This document shows, in pieces, positions 28,292 through 37,832 of a stretch of 64,000 bases of DNA (positions are counted from its first letter, which is position 1; each line of letters begins with the position of its first letter). The DNA comes from a virus. Both the position numbers and the translations under genes were made by a program. The stretch lies in the IMG/VR virus record IMGVR_UViG_3300031566_000001, positions 79,143-143,142 of that record; one strand, 5' to 3'. Under the pieces are notes generated by a model. It saw only the letters and a program-made list of their open reading frames with translations, was not told the DNA's origin and did not search any database.

Positions 28292-28837
28292 ATGGGCGCT
28301 TTGATAGACATCCTGGGGGCGGGCGGCGTGCACCTTGTGGAGAAGCGGCACCTGCTGCCCGTGAACCCTAAGCAGCCCTGGCTCTACCGGGAGTTACATG
28401 ATGTCAAGGGCGCTATTATTCATCATATCGCCGGGGTGGCGTGGGCTACCTCTGAGCGCATTCACAAGATGCACCAGGACTTTGGCTGGCCTGGCATGGC
28501 GTACACCTTCTACGTGCATTATGACTATGGGCAGCCGGGGCTGCCGGTGGTGACGGACTTCGATCATCGGCTCCGCGATTGGGGTCCGCAGGCGGGCGCG
28601 GGACCGCATAGCGTGAACCCGGAGACCTTCGGGGTGGCCCTGGGCGGGAACTTCGTCCGGGTGGCACCTGCCCCGGAGATGATTGCGGAGCTGGTCAACC
28701 TGATGCACGGTTTGCAAGTGTTTTTCACGCGTGAGGTGGGGTATTCTCTGTTCATCAAACCTCACTTTCAAGTCGGCAAGACGAAATGCCCGGGGTTGGC
28801 CTGGGACTCGTACCTCGCGGCCATAGGCTGCGCGTAG
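28292..28837 (+). CDS. N-acetylmuramoyl-L-alanine amidase (Amidase_2) endolysin
   Basis: IIHH, GWPGMAYTFYV, GVALGGNF, PH...TKCPG. Confidence 0.85.
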   Translation: MGALIDILGAGGVHLVEKRHLLPVNPKQPWLYRELHDVKGAIIHHIAGVAWATSERIHKMHQDFGWPGMAYTFYVHYDYGQPGLPVVTDFDHRLRDWGPQAGAGPHSVNPETFGVALGGNFVRVAPAPEMIAELVNLMHGLQVFFTREVGYSLFIKPHFQVGKTKCPGLAWDSYLAAIGCA

Positions 28838-28847
28838 GGAGGTAGAC

Positions 28848-29201
28848 ATGGGACTGGTAGAGCTGATTGTAGGGCTGCTCAGGAACCCGGCGGTGTTGGG
28901 CGCTATCGCTGTGGCATTGGTGTGGCTCCTGCGCAAGGTCAAGTGGTCTGTGGACGGCCCGAAGGCCATTTGGATGACGTATGTCGTGGCCCTGTGTATC
29001 GCCGTTGGGGAGAAGCTGCTCCTAGAGGGCTTCCCCGTCGTGGTCACCTGCGGCTTGGTGCCCACTGATCCGCCAACTTTCATCGTCTGCGTGTTTCAGA
29101 TCATCGAGAATATCCTTGCTTGGTCTGGTGTGCTTTTCGTGGCGGCGACGGTGATATACAAGGTCCTGCGCAGCAAGATGCTACTCGGTGAGCGCATCTG
29201 A
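28848..29201 (+). CDS. Putative holin
   Basis: Three hydrophobic segments, basic C-terminus, after endolysin. Confidence 0.65.
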   Translation: MGLVELIVGLLRNPAVLGAIAVALVWLLRKVKWSVDGPKAIWMTYVVALCIAVGEKLLLEGFPVVVTCGLVPTDPPTFIVCVFQIIENILAWSGVLFVAATVIYKVLRSKMLLGERI

Positions 29202-29238
29202 CCTTGATGTGTGTTTTGGGGCAGGGTCGGCATCGGCC

Positions 29239-29300
29239 TTTTGCACAAAAGAGCGAGCCATCCGTTCTTTTGCCAGCAAAAGGTTGAGTCTAACTATACT
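29239..29300 (+). promoter_or_regulatory. Double-palindrome site plus -10 box heading glycan cluster
   Basis: TTTTGCACAAAA-N17-TTTTGC-CA-GCAAAA-N13-TATACT. Confidence 0.75.
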
Positions 29301-29356
29301 AGGGGTGGTATAGTCGGCACGGTCCTGCCCCCCTCAGCCGTTCCCGGAGGAGTGAG

Positions 29357-30361
29357 ATGTCTAGCTACTGGAAGGACCGCCGGGTTATCTGCACGGGGGG
29401 ATCGGGCTTTCTCGGCTCTCACCTGGTCGATGCCCTGAGGCGCTTGGATTGCAAGCCGTTTGTCCCCCGCTCCGGCCAGTACGATTTGCGGAGTGAAGAG
29501 GGCGTTATCAATATGTTCAACGATGCCATGGCGCTGTGGGGCCAGGAGGGGTGCCAAACCCTGTTTCACCTCGCGGCGCTGTGTGGTGGTATCGGGTTCA
29601 ATCAGAAGTTCCCCGCTCGGTTGTGGCATGACAATTTGCTGATGGGCATCCATCTCATCAACACGGCGGCATTTTGCGGGGTGGAGAAGTTTGTGGGTGT
29701 GGGTACGGTGTGCTCATACCCGAAGCATACCCCGACGCCGTTCAATGAACAGTCCTTGTGGGACGGTTACCCTGAGGAGACCAATGCTCCTTACGGCCTC
29801 GCCAAGAAGGCGCTCCTGGTTGGCCTGCAGGCGTATGGGCAAGAGAGGCAATTAGAGTGGACCTACGTCATGCCCACGAACCTCTACGGGCCGCGGGATC
29901 ACTTCGGGGCGCGGTCCCACGTCATCCCGGCCCTGATTGACAAGTTTCTACACGCCAAAGGGGAGCCTACGGTGTCTGTGTGGGGCACGGGCACGCCCAC
30001 GCGCGACTTTCTGTACGTCAAGGACTGCGCTGCGGCGCTGCTCCTGGCGGGGGAGTTGCTTTCGGGAGGTCCGTACAACATCGGCTCAGGACGCGAAATC
30101 AGCATCGAGGACCTGGCACGCCTCATAGCGGACGCAGTGGGCTTCCGGGGTCAAATCTGCTTTGATGCCTTCAAGCCCGACGGCCAGCCACGCCGGGTGC
30201 TCGATAGTTCCAAGTTTATGAAACTAACAGAGTGGTCCCCACAGGTGGGGTTCGAGCAGGGATTGACTCAGACGGTGCAGTGGTATAGAGATTTACAGCA
30301 GGACGGCAAGCCTGAGTTGACCGGTGTGCGTGCTGAATCCGGTGGGTCGCCGTCGGTATAG
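29357..30361 (+). CDS. fcl: GDP-L-fucose synthase
   Basis: TGGSGFLG, HLAALCGGIG, TVCSYPK, YGLAK, PTNLYGP, SHVIPALI, KPDGQPRR. Confidence 0.93.
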   Translation: MSSYWKDRRVICTGGSGFLGSHLVDALRRLDCKPFVPRSGQYDLRSEEGVINMFNDAMALWGQEGCQTLFHLAALCGGIGFNQKFPARLWHDNLLMGIHLINTAAFCGVEKFVGVGTVCSYPKHTPTPFNEQSLWDGYPEETNAPYGLAKKALLVGLQAYGQERQLEWTYVMPTNLYGPRDHFGARSHVIPALIDKFLHAKGEPTVSVWGTGTPTRDFLYVKDCAAALLLAGELLSGGPYNIGSGREISIEDLARLIADAVGFRGQICFDAFKPDGQPRRVLDSSKFMKLTEWSPQVGFEQGLTQTVQWYRDLQQDGKPELTGVRAESGGSPSV

Positions 30362-30370
30362 GGAGGGAAC

Positions 30371-31018
30371 ATGAACGAGATTGCTGTTTTTCAGATGGGC
30401 AAGTGCGGGTCGTCCACGGTCATTGAGCTGGCGCGGAAGCTGGGCATCCACGCTTCGCGGGCGTACACCCCGATGAATGCTGTGCAGGCACAGTATCCCA
30501 ACGTCATCAGCATGGCTCGGGAGCCGGTGATCCGGAACGTCTCAGCGTTCTTCCACGAGATGGCGGGCACGCTGACAGAGACGGGCTACAGCCAGGCGCT
30601 GCTAGATGAGTTCCTGCTGGGGAAGCATGATGTGCCGCTGACGTGGTTCTCTAAGGAGTTCCAGGCTGAGACCGGCATCAGCATCTATGCAGAGAAGTTC
30701 GACCGCAAGCGGGGCTGGTCCATCTATGAGAGTGGTAACAGGCGCATCTTGGTCATCAGGACTGAGGATATGACCAGGTGCCTCCTGGAGGCCATGGGTG
30801 CCCTACTGGGTGAGGAGCTGCCACGGGTAGAGGTAGAGCATTGGTTTAGTGATGCTGAGCGGCCTCACGGCGTGGGCGCTTTGTATCGGCAGTTCATGAG
30901 GGAGGCTGTTATGTCGGAGGCGTACCTGAGGCGCATGTATGGCAGCCGGTATGCCAAGCACTTCTACTACAAGAAGGAGCTTGACAGCTTTCGCGAGTTC
31001 TGGAGCGCACCGAGATGA
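30371..31018 (+). CDS. Sulfotransferase-like capsular polysaccharide synthesis protein (NKWYS-type)
   Basis: QMGKCGSST, REPVIRNVSAFF, YAKHFY. Confidence 0.7.
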   Translation: MNEIAVFQMGKCGSSTVIELARKLGIHASRAYTPMNAVQAQYPNVISMAREPVIRNVSAFFHEMAGTLTETGYSQALLDEFLLGKHDVPLTWFSKEFQAETGISIYAEKFDRKRGWSIYESGNRRILVIRTEDMTRCLLEAMGALLGEELPRVEVEHWFSDAERPHGVGALYRQFMREAVMSEAYLRRMYGSRYAKHFYYKKELDSFREFWSAPR

Positions 31019-31734
31019 GGGTATTCGTGACCACTAATGACCGGCACTTGTGGATACTTCCGGCCTTTGCGTACCTGTTCAACAAGTACTGGTCCTCTTT
31101 GCAACCTGTGGTCGTGGCGGGCTACAGCCGCCCCGACTTTGAGCTGCCCCCCAATTTCGAGTTCTACCAGATCGCGGAGGCGAACTACCCTGTTGAGAAA
31201 TGGTCTGACGGGGTGGTGCAGTTCTTGGAATCCGTGAACGATGAGCTGTTCGTGTGGATGCTGGAGGATATGCTTCTCACGCGCACGGTAGATGTGCGGG
31301 CCGTGGGTAGCCTGGCGGAGTACATGACGCTGCACCACGAGGTCATTAGGATAGACCTAACTGCTGACAGGCTCTACGCGGGGGCATCGCCGGGGCAGAG
31401 GCCTGAGTATGAGTACTACGGTAGCATGGACCTTGTGTGGTCGGAGCCGTCCAGCCCGTATCATCTCAGCCTGCAAGCGGCTATCTGGCGGCGGGACTAC
31501 CTGCTGAATTATATGATCCCCGGTGAGACGCCCTGGCAGCTGGAGATGGCAGGTACGGAGCGGCTATCGAGCACGCCGGAGGTGGTGGTACTGGGCACCC
31601 GGCAGCTCCCATGTAGATATACATTGGCCCTCAAGAGCGAGCATCCCACGGAGCCGAGCATAACCGGGATGCGCCAGGAGGACTATGACTATCTGGTGGA
31701 GCGGGGCTGGCTTCCGGAGGGGTGTCTGACGTGA
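31015..31734 (+). CDS. Putative glycosyltransferase (GT-A-like)
   Basis: WMLEDMLL, SLQAAIWRR, ETPWQLE. Confidence 0.6.
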   Translation: MRVFVTTNDRHLWILPAFAYLFNKYWSSLQPVVVAGYSRPDFELPPNFEFYQIAEANYPVEKWSDGVVQFLESVNDELFVWMLEDMLLTRTVDVRAVGSLAEYMTLHHEVIRIDLTADRLYAGASPGQRPEYEYYGSMDLVWSEPSSPYHLSLQAAIWRRDYLLNYMIPGETPWQLEMAGTERLSSTPEVVVLGTRQLPCRYTLALKSEHPTEPSITGMRQEDYDYLVERGWLPEGCLT

Positions 31735-32948
31735 AGCGAGACATAGACTCAATCATCATCGGTGAGCGGCATCGCAAGAACCTGGGGGATATCAAGGTTT
31801 TGGCTGCTAGTATAGCGGATATTGGCCTTTTGCATCCTGTGGTGATACGTCCTGATGGGGTACTCATTGCTGGCCTGCGCAGGCTAGAAGCCTGCAAATT
31901 GCTAAGTTGGTCCAAGGTTCCCGTCACAGAGGTGAACCTGGAAGAGATAGTCCGTGGCGAATCTGCTGAGAATATCTATCGCAAGGACTTTCCATTATCT
32001 GAGGCCGTCGCCATAGGCGAGGCCCTAGAACCGTTGGAGGAAGAAGCAGCCAAGAAGAGAAAGCGAGAAGCTGGCATTGCGAATTTACCGACTGTGAGTG
32101 CCAAAAAGTTTTCGGCACTCACGAAGAAAGAAACAGGTGAAACCCTTTCCAAGGTCGCCGCTGCTATAGGGATGTCTAAGCCGACTTATAAGAAGGCCAA
32201 AGAGATTGTTGAAGCAGCACGGAAGAAACCTAAAAAGTATGCTCCGCTTGTAGAGAAGATGGACCAGATTGGTAAGGTGGCTGGTATCCACAAAGACCTG
32301 AAAAGAATGCAGAAAGCTGAGAAAAAAGCTAAGCAAGCGAAGGCGCAACCTTGCATGGATGGGATACTCGTTGGCTCGATCACGGAGGTCGGCACTCAAA
32401 TTACTGATGATACCGTGGACTTTGTGCTCACGGACCCACCATATGCTGGCGGTCAAGTTAGTTTGTTCAGTGACTTATCCGCTCTCGTGGCTAGGGTACT
32501 AAAACCTGGGGGCCTCTGTTTGGTCTATAGTGGCCAGATGTTCTTGCCGGAGGTTATCGTTGGCTTGGGTGAACATCTGGAGTACGTTTGGACTTTTGCC
32601 ATTCGGCACAGTGGCGGCAATCAGCGTATCCACAAGTTCAATCTCAATAACGCGTGGAAGCCGGTCTTGGCATATTGCAAACCGCCGCTCGAAGTATGGT
32701 GGGATAGTTTCATTGATCTCACGACTGGGGGCCGAGAGAAGGACCTTCATAAATGGCAGCAAGCCGAAACGGAGGCCGCTTATTTCATTGAGCATTTGAC
32801 CATGCCGGGGGCCCTGGTATTGGATCCGTTCATGGGTAGTGGTACGGTCCTGGCGGCGGCGAAGCGCTTGGGTCGGGCTTACTTGGGCATCGAAATTGAT
32901 TCTGACGTGGCTGCGAAGGCGGCGAAGAGGATTGGAGAAGTCAAATGA
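31722..32948 (+). CDS. ParB-N domain / DNA amino-methyltransferase fusion
   Basis: IGLLHPVVI...LIAGLRRLEA (ParB); TDPPY; LDPFMGSGT. Confidence 0.88.
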   Translation: MSDVKRDIDSIIIGERHRKNLGDIKVLAASIADIGLLHPVVIRPDGVLIAGLRRLEACKLLSWSKVPVTEVNLEEIVRGESAENIYRKDFPLSEAVAIGEALEPLEEEAAKKRKREAGIANLPTVSAKKFSALTKKETGETLSKVAAAIGMSKPTYKKAKEIVEAARKKPKKYAPLVEKMDQIGKVAGIHKDLKRMQKAEKKAKQAKAQPCMDGILVGSITEVGTQITDDTVDFVLTDPPYAGGQVSLFSDLSALVARVLKPGGLCLVYSGQMFLPEVIVGLGEHLEYVWTFAIRHSGGNQRIHKFNLNNAWKPVLAYCKPPLEVWWDSFIDLTTGGREKDLHKWQQAETEAAYFIEHLTMPGALVLDPFMGSGTVLAAAKRLGRAYLGIEIDSDVAAKAAKRIGEVK

Positions 32949-33382
32949 CCCGACAACGCATGGATGGAAAAGGAACACCCTTTGGCGAATGGCTTAGGAC
33001 CCGCCACCAAGGCAAGATAGGGTCGCACACTTTCTCCGCCCAGAACCTTGACTACATTTGGCACAATTACCGCGAGAATTGGTTCATCACCATCGAAGAG
33101 AAGCGCTACGGCGGTATGAGGGACCGGAGTGCGCAGAGAGCTCAAAGGGATACCCATGGCATAGTAGCGCAATTGCTCGAAGGGTCTTCGGGTATGGATG
33201 TTGATACGCTGCGGGGCCATCGAAGGGCTGAGTATCGTGGTCATTATGAGATTGTGTTTGACCGGACCAGCCCGGACGATGGTGATATGACCATCAATGG
33301 GAGGCAGGCGAACGAGCAAGATTTGCTTAGACTCTTGACGGTTGGCAGATGGTCATGGAGTTCTGCGGAGTTGGAGCTATGA
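32945..33382 (+). CDS. Hypothetical protein, possible PD-(D/E)XK nuclease
   Basis: NLDYIW...IEEK motif; coupled to MTase. Confidence 0.45.
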   Translation: MTRQRMDGKGTPFGEWLRTRHQGKIGSHTFSAQNLDYIWHNYRENWFITIEEKRYGGMRDRSAQRAQRDTHGIVAQLLEGSSGMDVDTLRGHRRAEYRGHYEIVFDRTSPDDGDMTINGRQANEQDLLRLLTVGRWSWSSAELEL

Positions 33383-34281
33383 TCACCGTCCCCATCCGCG
33401 ACGGCACCTTCCCGCACAGCGCCTCCATGTCCCTGGCTGGCGAGAACGCGGGCGAGGCCCCGAAGTCTCTGCACTGGCGCCGTGTGCCGGACCTCCTGGA
33501 TGATGCGCCTGTGATGGTGTTCACGGATATGTGCCTGGATGAAGTCTTGCTCTCCCGGTCCCCGACGAACATCGCCATTCTTATAGAGCCGCCTGCGTTC
33601 TCCACGACTCATTATGAGAAAGCTGTGATGCTGGAGAAGTACTTTGATGCCATATTCACCTATGACCTGGAGCACCTGCGCCGTGGCGGCCCGTGGCGGT
33701 TCTACCCCTATGGCGGGTCGAGGATTCAGGAGTGGCACGTCTACGAGAAGCTGGGGCTAGTGAGCCTCATTGTGTCGGATAAGCACGTCACGGAGGGGCA
33801 CCGCCTCCGCCATGAGGCTGTTGAGCGGTTCGGCTCGCACCTACACGTCTTTGGGGAGCCTTATACCGAGTACCTTAACCCGAAGGGACCAGGGCTGCGG
33901 CCCTTCTGTTATTCCGTTGTCATCGAGTCTGGGCGGAGTGACTACTATTTTAGTGAGAAGCTCGTTGACTGCTTCTCACAGGGAGCGGTGCCCATCTACT
34001 GGGGCTGCCCTGGCATTGACGGGTTTTTTGAGGGGAACGGGATCATCTCCTTTGAGACCCTGGATGACCTGGCGTACATCCTGGCGTCCATCTCAATGCA
34101 AGACTATCACGACCGCTTGCCTGCTATCATGCGTAATCTGGAGCTGGCGCGGAGCTTTCGGTGTGCCGAGGACCACCTGGTACGGGAGTATGGCTGGCTT
34201 TTCGAGGACAGTGAGCAGGCGGCCCTGATGCGCATGCAGAGCAAGGAGCAGCTGGTGCAGAGTGAGCCGGTAATCAGGTAA
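33379..34281 (+). CDS. GT10 fucosyltransferase-like protein
   Basis: YSVVIES...YFSEKLVDCF...VPIYWG. Confidence 0.8.
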   Translation: MITVPIRDGTFPHSASMSLAGENAGEAPKSLHWRRVPDLLDDAPVMVFTDMCLDEVLLSRSPTNIAILIEPPAFSTTHYEKAVMLEKYFDAIFTYDLEHLRRGGPWRFYPYGGSRIQEWHVYEKLGLVSLIVSDKHVTEGHRLRHEAVERFGSHLHVFGEPYTEYLNPKGPGLRPFCYSVVIESGRSDYYFSEKLVDCFSQGAVPIYWGCPGIDGFFEGNGIISFETLDDLAYILASISMQDYHDRLPAIMRNLELARSFRCAEDHLVREYGWLFEDSEQAALMRMQSKEQLVQSEPVIR

Positions 34282-34288
34282 GGAGGGG

Positions 34289-34633
34289 ATGATGCATGAT
34301 GTGGGGGACATTCATGTAGCAGTAGATGTCAGGCCCTTTGGCGGCGTTGAGATTTATATTGGGCGTGGGAGGGGTTCTGGTTTTGAGGTGGCTCAGCCTG
34401 TAGAGCTGATATTCAAGTCCGCGAAGCCGGAGGAGGTATCCGAGCCAACTTTGCGGTTAGGTGAGTACTATGCCCATGAGCTGTTACAGGCGCTGGCTGA
34501 GGGGTTCGATAGTATTGGTATCAGGACCGACAAAGATGCCAAGATTGAAGGCACGCTGGGAGCGACGCGGTATCACCTGGAAGATTTGCGGAGCTTGCTG
34601 AAGTTGGGGGGGGATGAGAACCAATCTCAGTGA
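34289..34633 (+). CDS. Hypothetical phage protein
   Basis: AGGAGG RBS; ATRYHLEDLRSL motif. Confidence 0.6.
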   Translation: MMHDVGDIHVAVDVRPFGGVEIYIGRGRGSGFEVAQPVELIFKSAKPEEVSEPTLRLGEYYAHELLQALAEGFDSIGIRTDKDAKIEGTLGATRYHLEDLRSLLKLGGDENQSQ

Positions 34634-35333
34634 CAAACGGCTGTTCTTCGTGATCGGTCCACCCCGGTCCGGCACGACCATCGTGGCCAGAGTATTCAAC
34701 TCCTTAGAAGATGGGTTCTGCTTAGGGGAGCCGCACTGGATTCACGAGGCTGAGGGCGGCAAGGCTGACGGGCAGGCCTACGGCAAGGTCGAACGGTGGC
34801 ACAAGCCCGTGGATGATTACCGGCTCATCATGCAGGCCAATGTGATACCGATCCTGGAGCGGGGTCCTTTCAAGGTTGGAGGCTACAAGGAGACTTACCA
34901 GCACTTCCGGCATACCTGCGAGCCTTTGCTGGAGGCTCACATGCCCTTGGTAGACTTCTTCATCGTGGTGCTTCGGGACCCCCGACTGGTGCTATCCTCG
35001 CTGCGGGCGCTGGGCTGGGACAATGTGCGAGTGAGAGACATCAATCAAGACTACGAGCGCATGAGTGAGCTGGCGCAGGATGAGCGGGCGGTCGTGGTGG
35101 TCTTGGAGGACTTCGTGAAGGACCCCCTGGGATACCTGAATGCGTGGCTGCCCTTTCAGATCGAGGGGCCTTTGGAACTGAAGCCCACGGGTCACAGGTA
35201 CGGTGACACGGTTGCCAATAAGGGTGATACTGTGGACCCCGAGGCGCCGGGCCGGAGAGTTATGGACCTCAGCGACAAGTGGGTGCGGGGTTTGGCCCCG
35301 GCCATGGGGGTGTGGGAACGATGGAAGAGCTAA
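34614..35333 (+). CDS. Sulfotransferase
   Basis: IGPPRSGTT (5'-PSB) and LRDPRLVLSS (3'-PB). Confidence 0.8.
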   Translation: MRTNLSDKRLFFVIGPPRSGTTIVARVFNSLEDGFCLGEPHWIHEAEGGKADGQAYGKVERWHKPVDDYRLIMQANVIPILERGPFKVGGYKETYQHFRHTCEPLLEAHMPLVDFFIVVLRDPRLVLSSLRALGWDNVRVRDINQDYERMSELAQDERAVVVVLEDFVKDPLGYLNAWLPFQIEGPLELKPTGHRYGDTVANKGDTVDPEAPGRRVMDLSDKWVRGLAPAMGVWERWKS

Positions 35334-36139
35334 GGGCCTTGATGGGACGGTACACTGTGGAGAACCTGGACCCTTTTGAGGCATCTGACGGGATGGAGGC
35401 CAAGCGGTTCCAGGAGCGCATCGAGTCCCTGCCGGGCACGGTGTACGGTGATGACCCCAATCAGCGCCCGTTTGATAACGTGTTCACCTGGGGGCACGAC
35501 CATGATTTCGGGACCTTCCAGATGAAGGGCCAGATGGGAGATCGGCACATCCGGGTGGTCAAGGCGTTCCTGGATATGGGGGTGGAGTTCAAGGGCCGTG
35601 TGCTGGACGTGGGCTGCTGGACTGGTGGCACATCGCTCCTACTGGCGGCGATGGGGTGCGAAGTCACCGCTGTTGAAGAGGCTCTTCATTATGCTGGGGT
35701 CATGAACTTTTTGGCGCAGGCCTTTGGCCTTGGGAGTCAACTGGAGGTCATTCATTGGTCCCTTTACGACCTTCCGGGCTTTTGTGAGCCGGTGGACATG
35801 GTGGGGAGGTTTGACCTGGTTTTGTGCGCGGGCGTCCTGTACCATGTGACTGATCCTGTACGTGCTCTACGCATCATGTTTGAGCGTTTGGCAGACGGCG
35901 GGACGTTGTTGCTGGAGACCGCGATCTCTGAGGTTACGGGCAAGCATTTGGTCTACTGCGGCCCGCAAGAGCCGGGTTACCGATGGCTCCTACCTACGGT
36001 GGAGGTGTTGTACTGCATGTTGGTGGACGTGGGTTTCAAGGACATTCAACACGAACTGCACGCTGACGGCAGCCGGGCTACGGTAGTCGCTAAAAGGAAG
36101 GAACACGTGAGTATGATGATGGCGGGGGTATCGAGGTGA
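35321..36139 (+). CDS. Class I SAM methyltransferase (CmoB-like)
   Basis: VLDVGCWTG, FDLVLCAGVLYH, GGTLLLET. Confidence 0.85.
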   Translation: MEELRALMGRYTVENLDPFEASDGMEAKRFQERIESLPGTVYGDDPNQRPFDNVFTWGHDHDFGTFQMKGQMGDRHIRVVKAFLDMGVEFKGRVLDVGCWTGGTSLLLAAMGCEVTAVEEALHYAGVMNFLAQAFGLGSQLEVIHWSLYDLPGFCEPVDMVGRFDLVLCAGVLYHVTDPVRALRIMFERLADGGTLLLETAISEVTGKHLVYCGPQEPGYRWLLPTVEVLYCMLVDVGFKDIQHELHADGSRATVVAKRKEHVSMMMAGVSR

Positions 36140-36675
36140 CCATAACAGCTTTTGACCTTTCAGATGGGAATGAACCAATGAGTTACGGCGAGATCAACTT
36201 CCTGGTCTCATTGGTCAAGGACCTTACGGCAGAACCGGTCATCGTCAACATCGGGGCCGCGGATGGTGTGTCCACCGTGGCTATGCTGGAGGCCCGCAGG
36301 GATGCCTTCATCTTCTCTGTGGACATCGGCGAGTGCCCCCAGGAGCGGGCCAACGTAGAGGCTGCTGGGCTTGATGTAACCCGCGTGGTGCGACTCTTAG
36401 GGCGCAGTCAGGACGTCGGCAAGCGGTTCCCCTATGAGGCTGATATGGTGCTTGTGGATGGAGGGCATGATTATGAGTCCGTGGGGGGGGATATTGAGGT
36501 CTGGGCTTGGCGCGTGCGACCTAGCGGGGTGCTGGCGTTTCACGACTACATCGAGCCACCCCGGCCTGCGAACAACCCGAGTGAGGCTTTTGAGGCTGTG
36601 AATGATAACCTACCGGACGGGTTTGAGCTGGTCAGCCGTGTGGACAGGCTGATTGCATTCAGGAGGGTGGGGTGA
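36136..36675 (+). CDS. Methyltransf_24-type O-methyltransferase
   Basis: VNIGAADGVS, LVDGGHDY, GVLAFHDY. Confidence 0.85.
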   Translation: MTITAFDLSDGNEPMSYGEINFLVSLVKDLTAEPVIVNIGAADGVSTVAMLEARRDAFIFSVDIGECPQERANVEAAGLDVTRVVRLLGRSQDVGKRFPYEADMVLVDGGHDYESVGGDIEVWAWRVRPSGVLAFHDYIEPPRPANNPSEAFEAVNDNLPDGFELVSRVDRLIAFRRVG

Positions 36676-36923
36676 AGGCCAATCTAGTGTCGCTGGGCCT
36701 CCCAGCTGATGAGGTTCTCAGGCGCGTGAAGAGGCCGAAGCGCACGCGGCGCCTGGGCCTGGACCCTGACTTGCGCGGCTGGATGGGTGGCATTCAGGGC
36801 AAGGTTTTTGAGTGGGTGTATCCCTGGGGGGTGCTGGTGTTCAAACGCCGCCGGGATGAAGGGCATGGTCCGCACTGCTACCGCGTGGTGGAGAAGAGGG
36901 TGAATGATGGCAAGAAGAGATAA
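36672..36923 (+). CDS. Hypothetical protein
   Basis: GTGA-coupled ORF. Confidence 0.5.
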   Translation: MKANLVSLGLPADEVLRRVKRPKRTRRLGLDPDLRGWMGGIQGKVFEWVYPWGVLVFKRRRDEGHGPHCYRVVEKRVNDGKKR

Positions 36924-37314
36924 TGGGGAACTGCGGGAGCTGGACGCACAGGTGGCCGAGGAGGTGATGGAAGTTGAACTCTGTCACCATGAGTTGCACG
37001 AGACGAAGCCCGTTTGCAAGTACTGCCACCTTAATGAGGGTTTCTGGCAGCCGAAGTGGGGAAGAATAGAGCCACCGAATCACTATTCCACTGACATGGC
37101 CCATGCCTGGCCGGTTCACAAGATGGCTTGCTCATGGCTCTTCAGTAAGCGTAGGCTCTACTTGGTGGCGCTGCAGGGTGTGGTGTGTGAAAGGCTACGT
37201 AAAGAGGGCGAGCTAAGGGTAAAGGGCAAGGTGGCATGGCCCGATGTGCTGGTTTTCTTGGGGCCGATAGACATCTGCAATGCGGCCCTGGAGGTGGTGC
37301 GAGATGTCCCTTGA
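36904..37314 (+). CDS. Phage ABA-sandwich-like protein
   Basis: ELDAQVAEEVM...YSTDMAHAWPV...ICNAALEV. Confidence 0.6.
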   Translation: MMARRDNGELRELDAQVAEEVMEVELCHHELHETKPVCKYCHLNEGFWQPKWGRIEPPNHYSTDMAHAWPVHKMACSWLFSKRRLYLVALQGVVCERLRKEGELRVKGKVAWPDVLVFLGPIDICNAALEVVRDVP

Positions 37315-37831
37315 CCCTATGACTACCGGCCCTGCATACCAGGGTTGGGCGGTGGACTTCCTGAACCCGCGGATTGAAAAGCACTTCCGTGCCTTCGAGT
37401 GGGGTAGCGGTTGGAGCACTATCTGGCTGGCTGCGCGGTGTGCCAGCGTGGTCAGCGTAGAGCATGACCGAGAATGGTTTCAGGACGCGGAGTCCAACAT
37501 GCGGCGGTATGGGGTGGGGGAGAACGTGAGCCTGCTGCACATACCCAAGGACCGAGGCGCGTCGGAGTACGCGTACTATGCCGACGTCATCCTGGGCTAT
37601 CCCGATGAGCACTTTCACATCATCTGCGTGGACGGACGCAACCGGGCAGGGTGTATCCGGAACGCCATGGTGAAGCTGGTGAGGCCCGGCGGGATGATGG
37701 TGGTGGATGACTACCCCAGGGCGCAGTACCAGGAGGCTTTGCAGCTGATGGACAGTTGGAGCCGTAACCTGGTCTATCGGGGCACCGAGACCATGGCCAC
37801 GGGCGTGTGGTTCAGACCGACGGAGGGGTGA
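37304..37831 (+). CDS. SAM-dependent methyltransferase
   Basis: FEWGSGWSTIW, SVEHD, ICVDGRNR, GGMMVVDD. Confidence 0.85.
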   Translation: MSLDPMTTGPAYQGWAVDFLNPRIEKHFRAFEWGSGWSTIWLAARCASVVSVEHDREWFQDAESNMRRYGVGENVSLLHIPKDRGASEYAYYADVILGYPDEHFHIICVDGRNRAGCIRNAMVKLVRPGGMMVVDDYPRAQYQEALQLMDSWSRNLVYRGTETMATGVWFRPTEG

Positions 37832-37832
37832 G

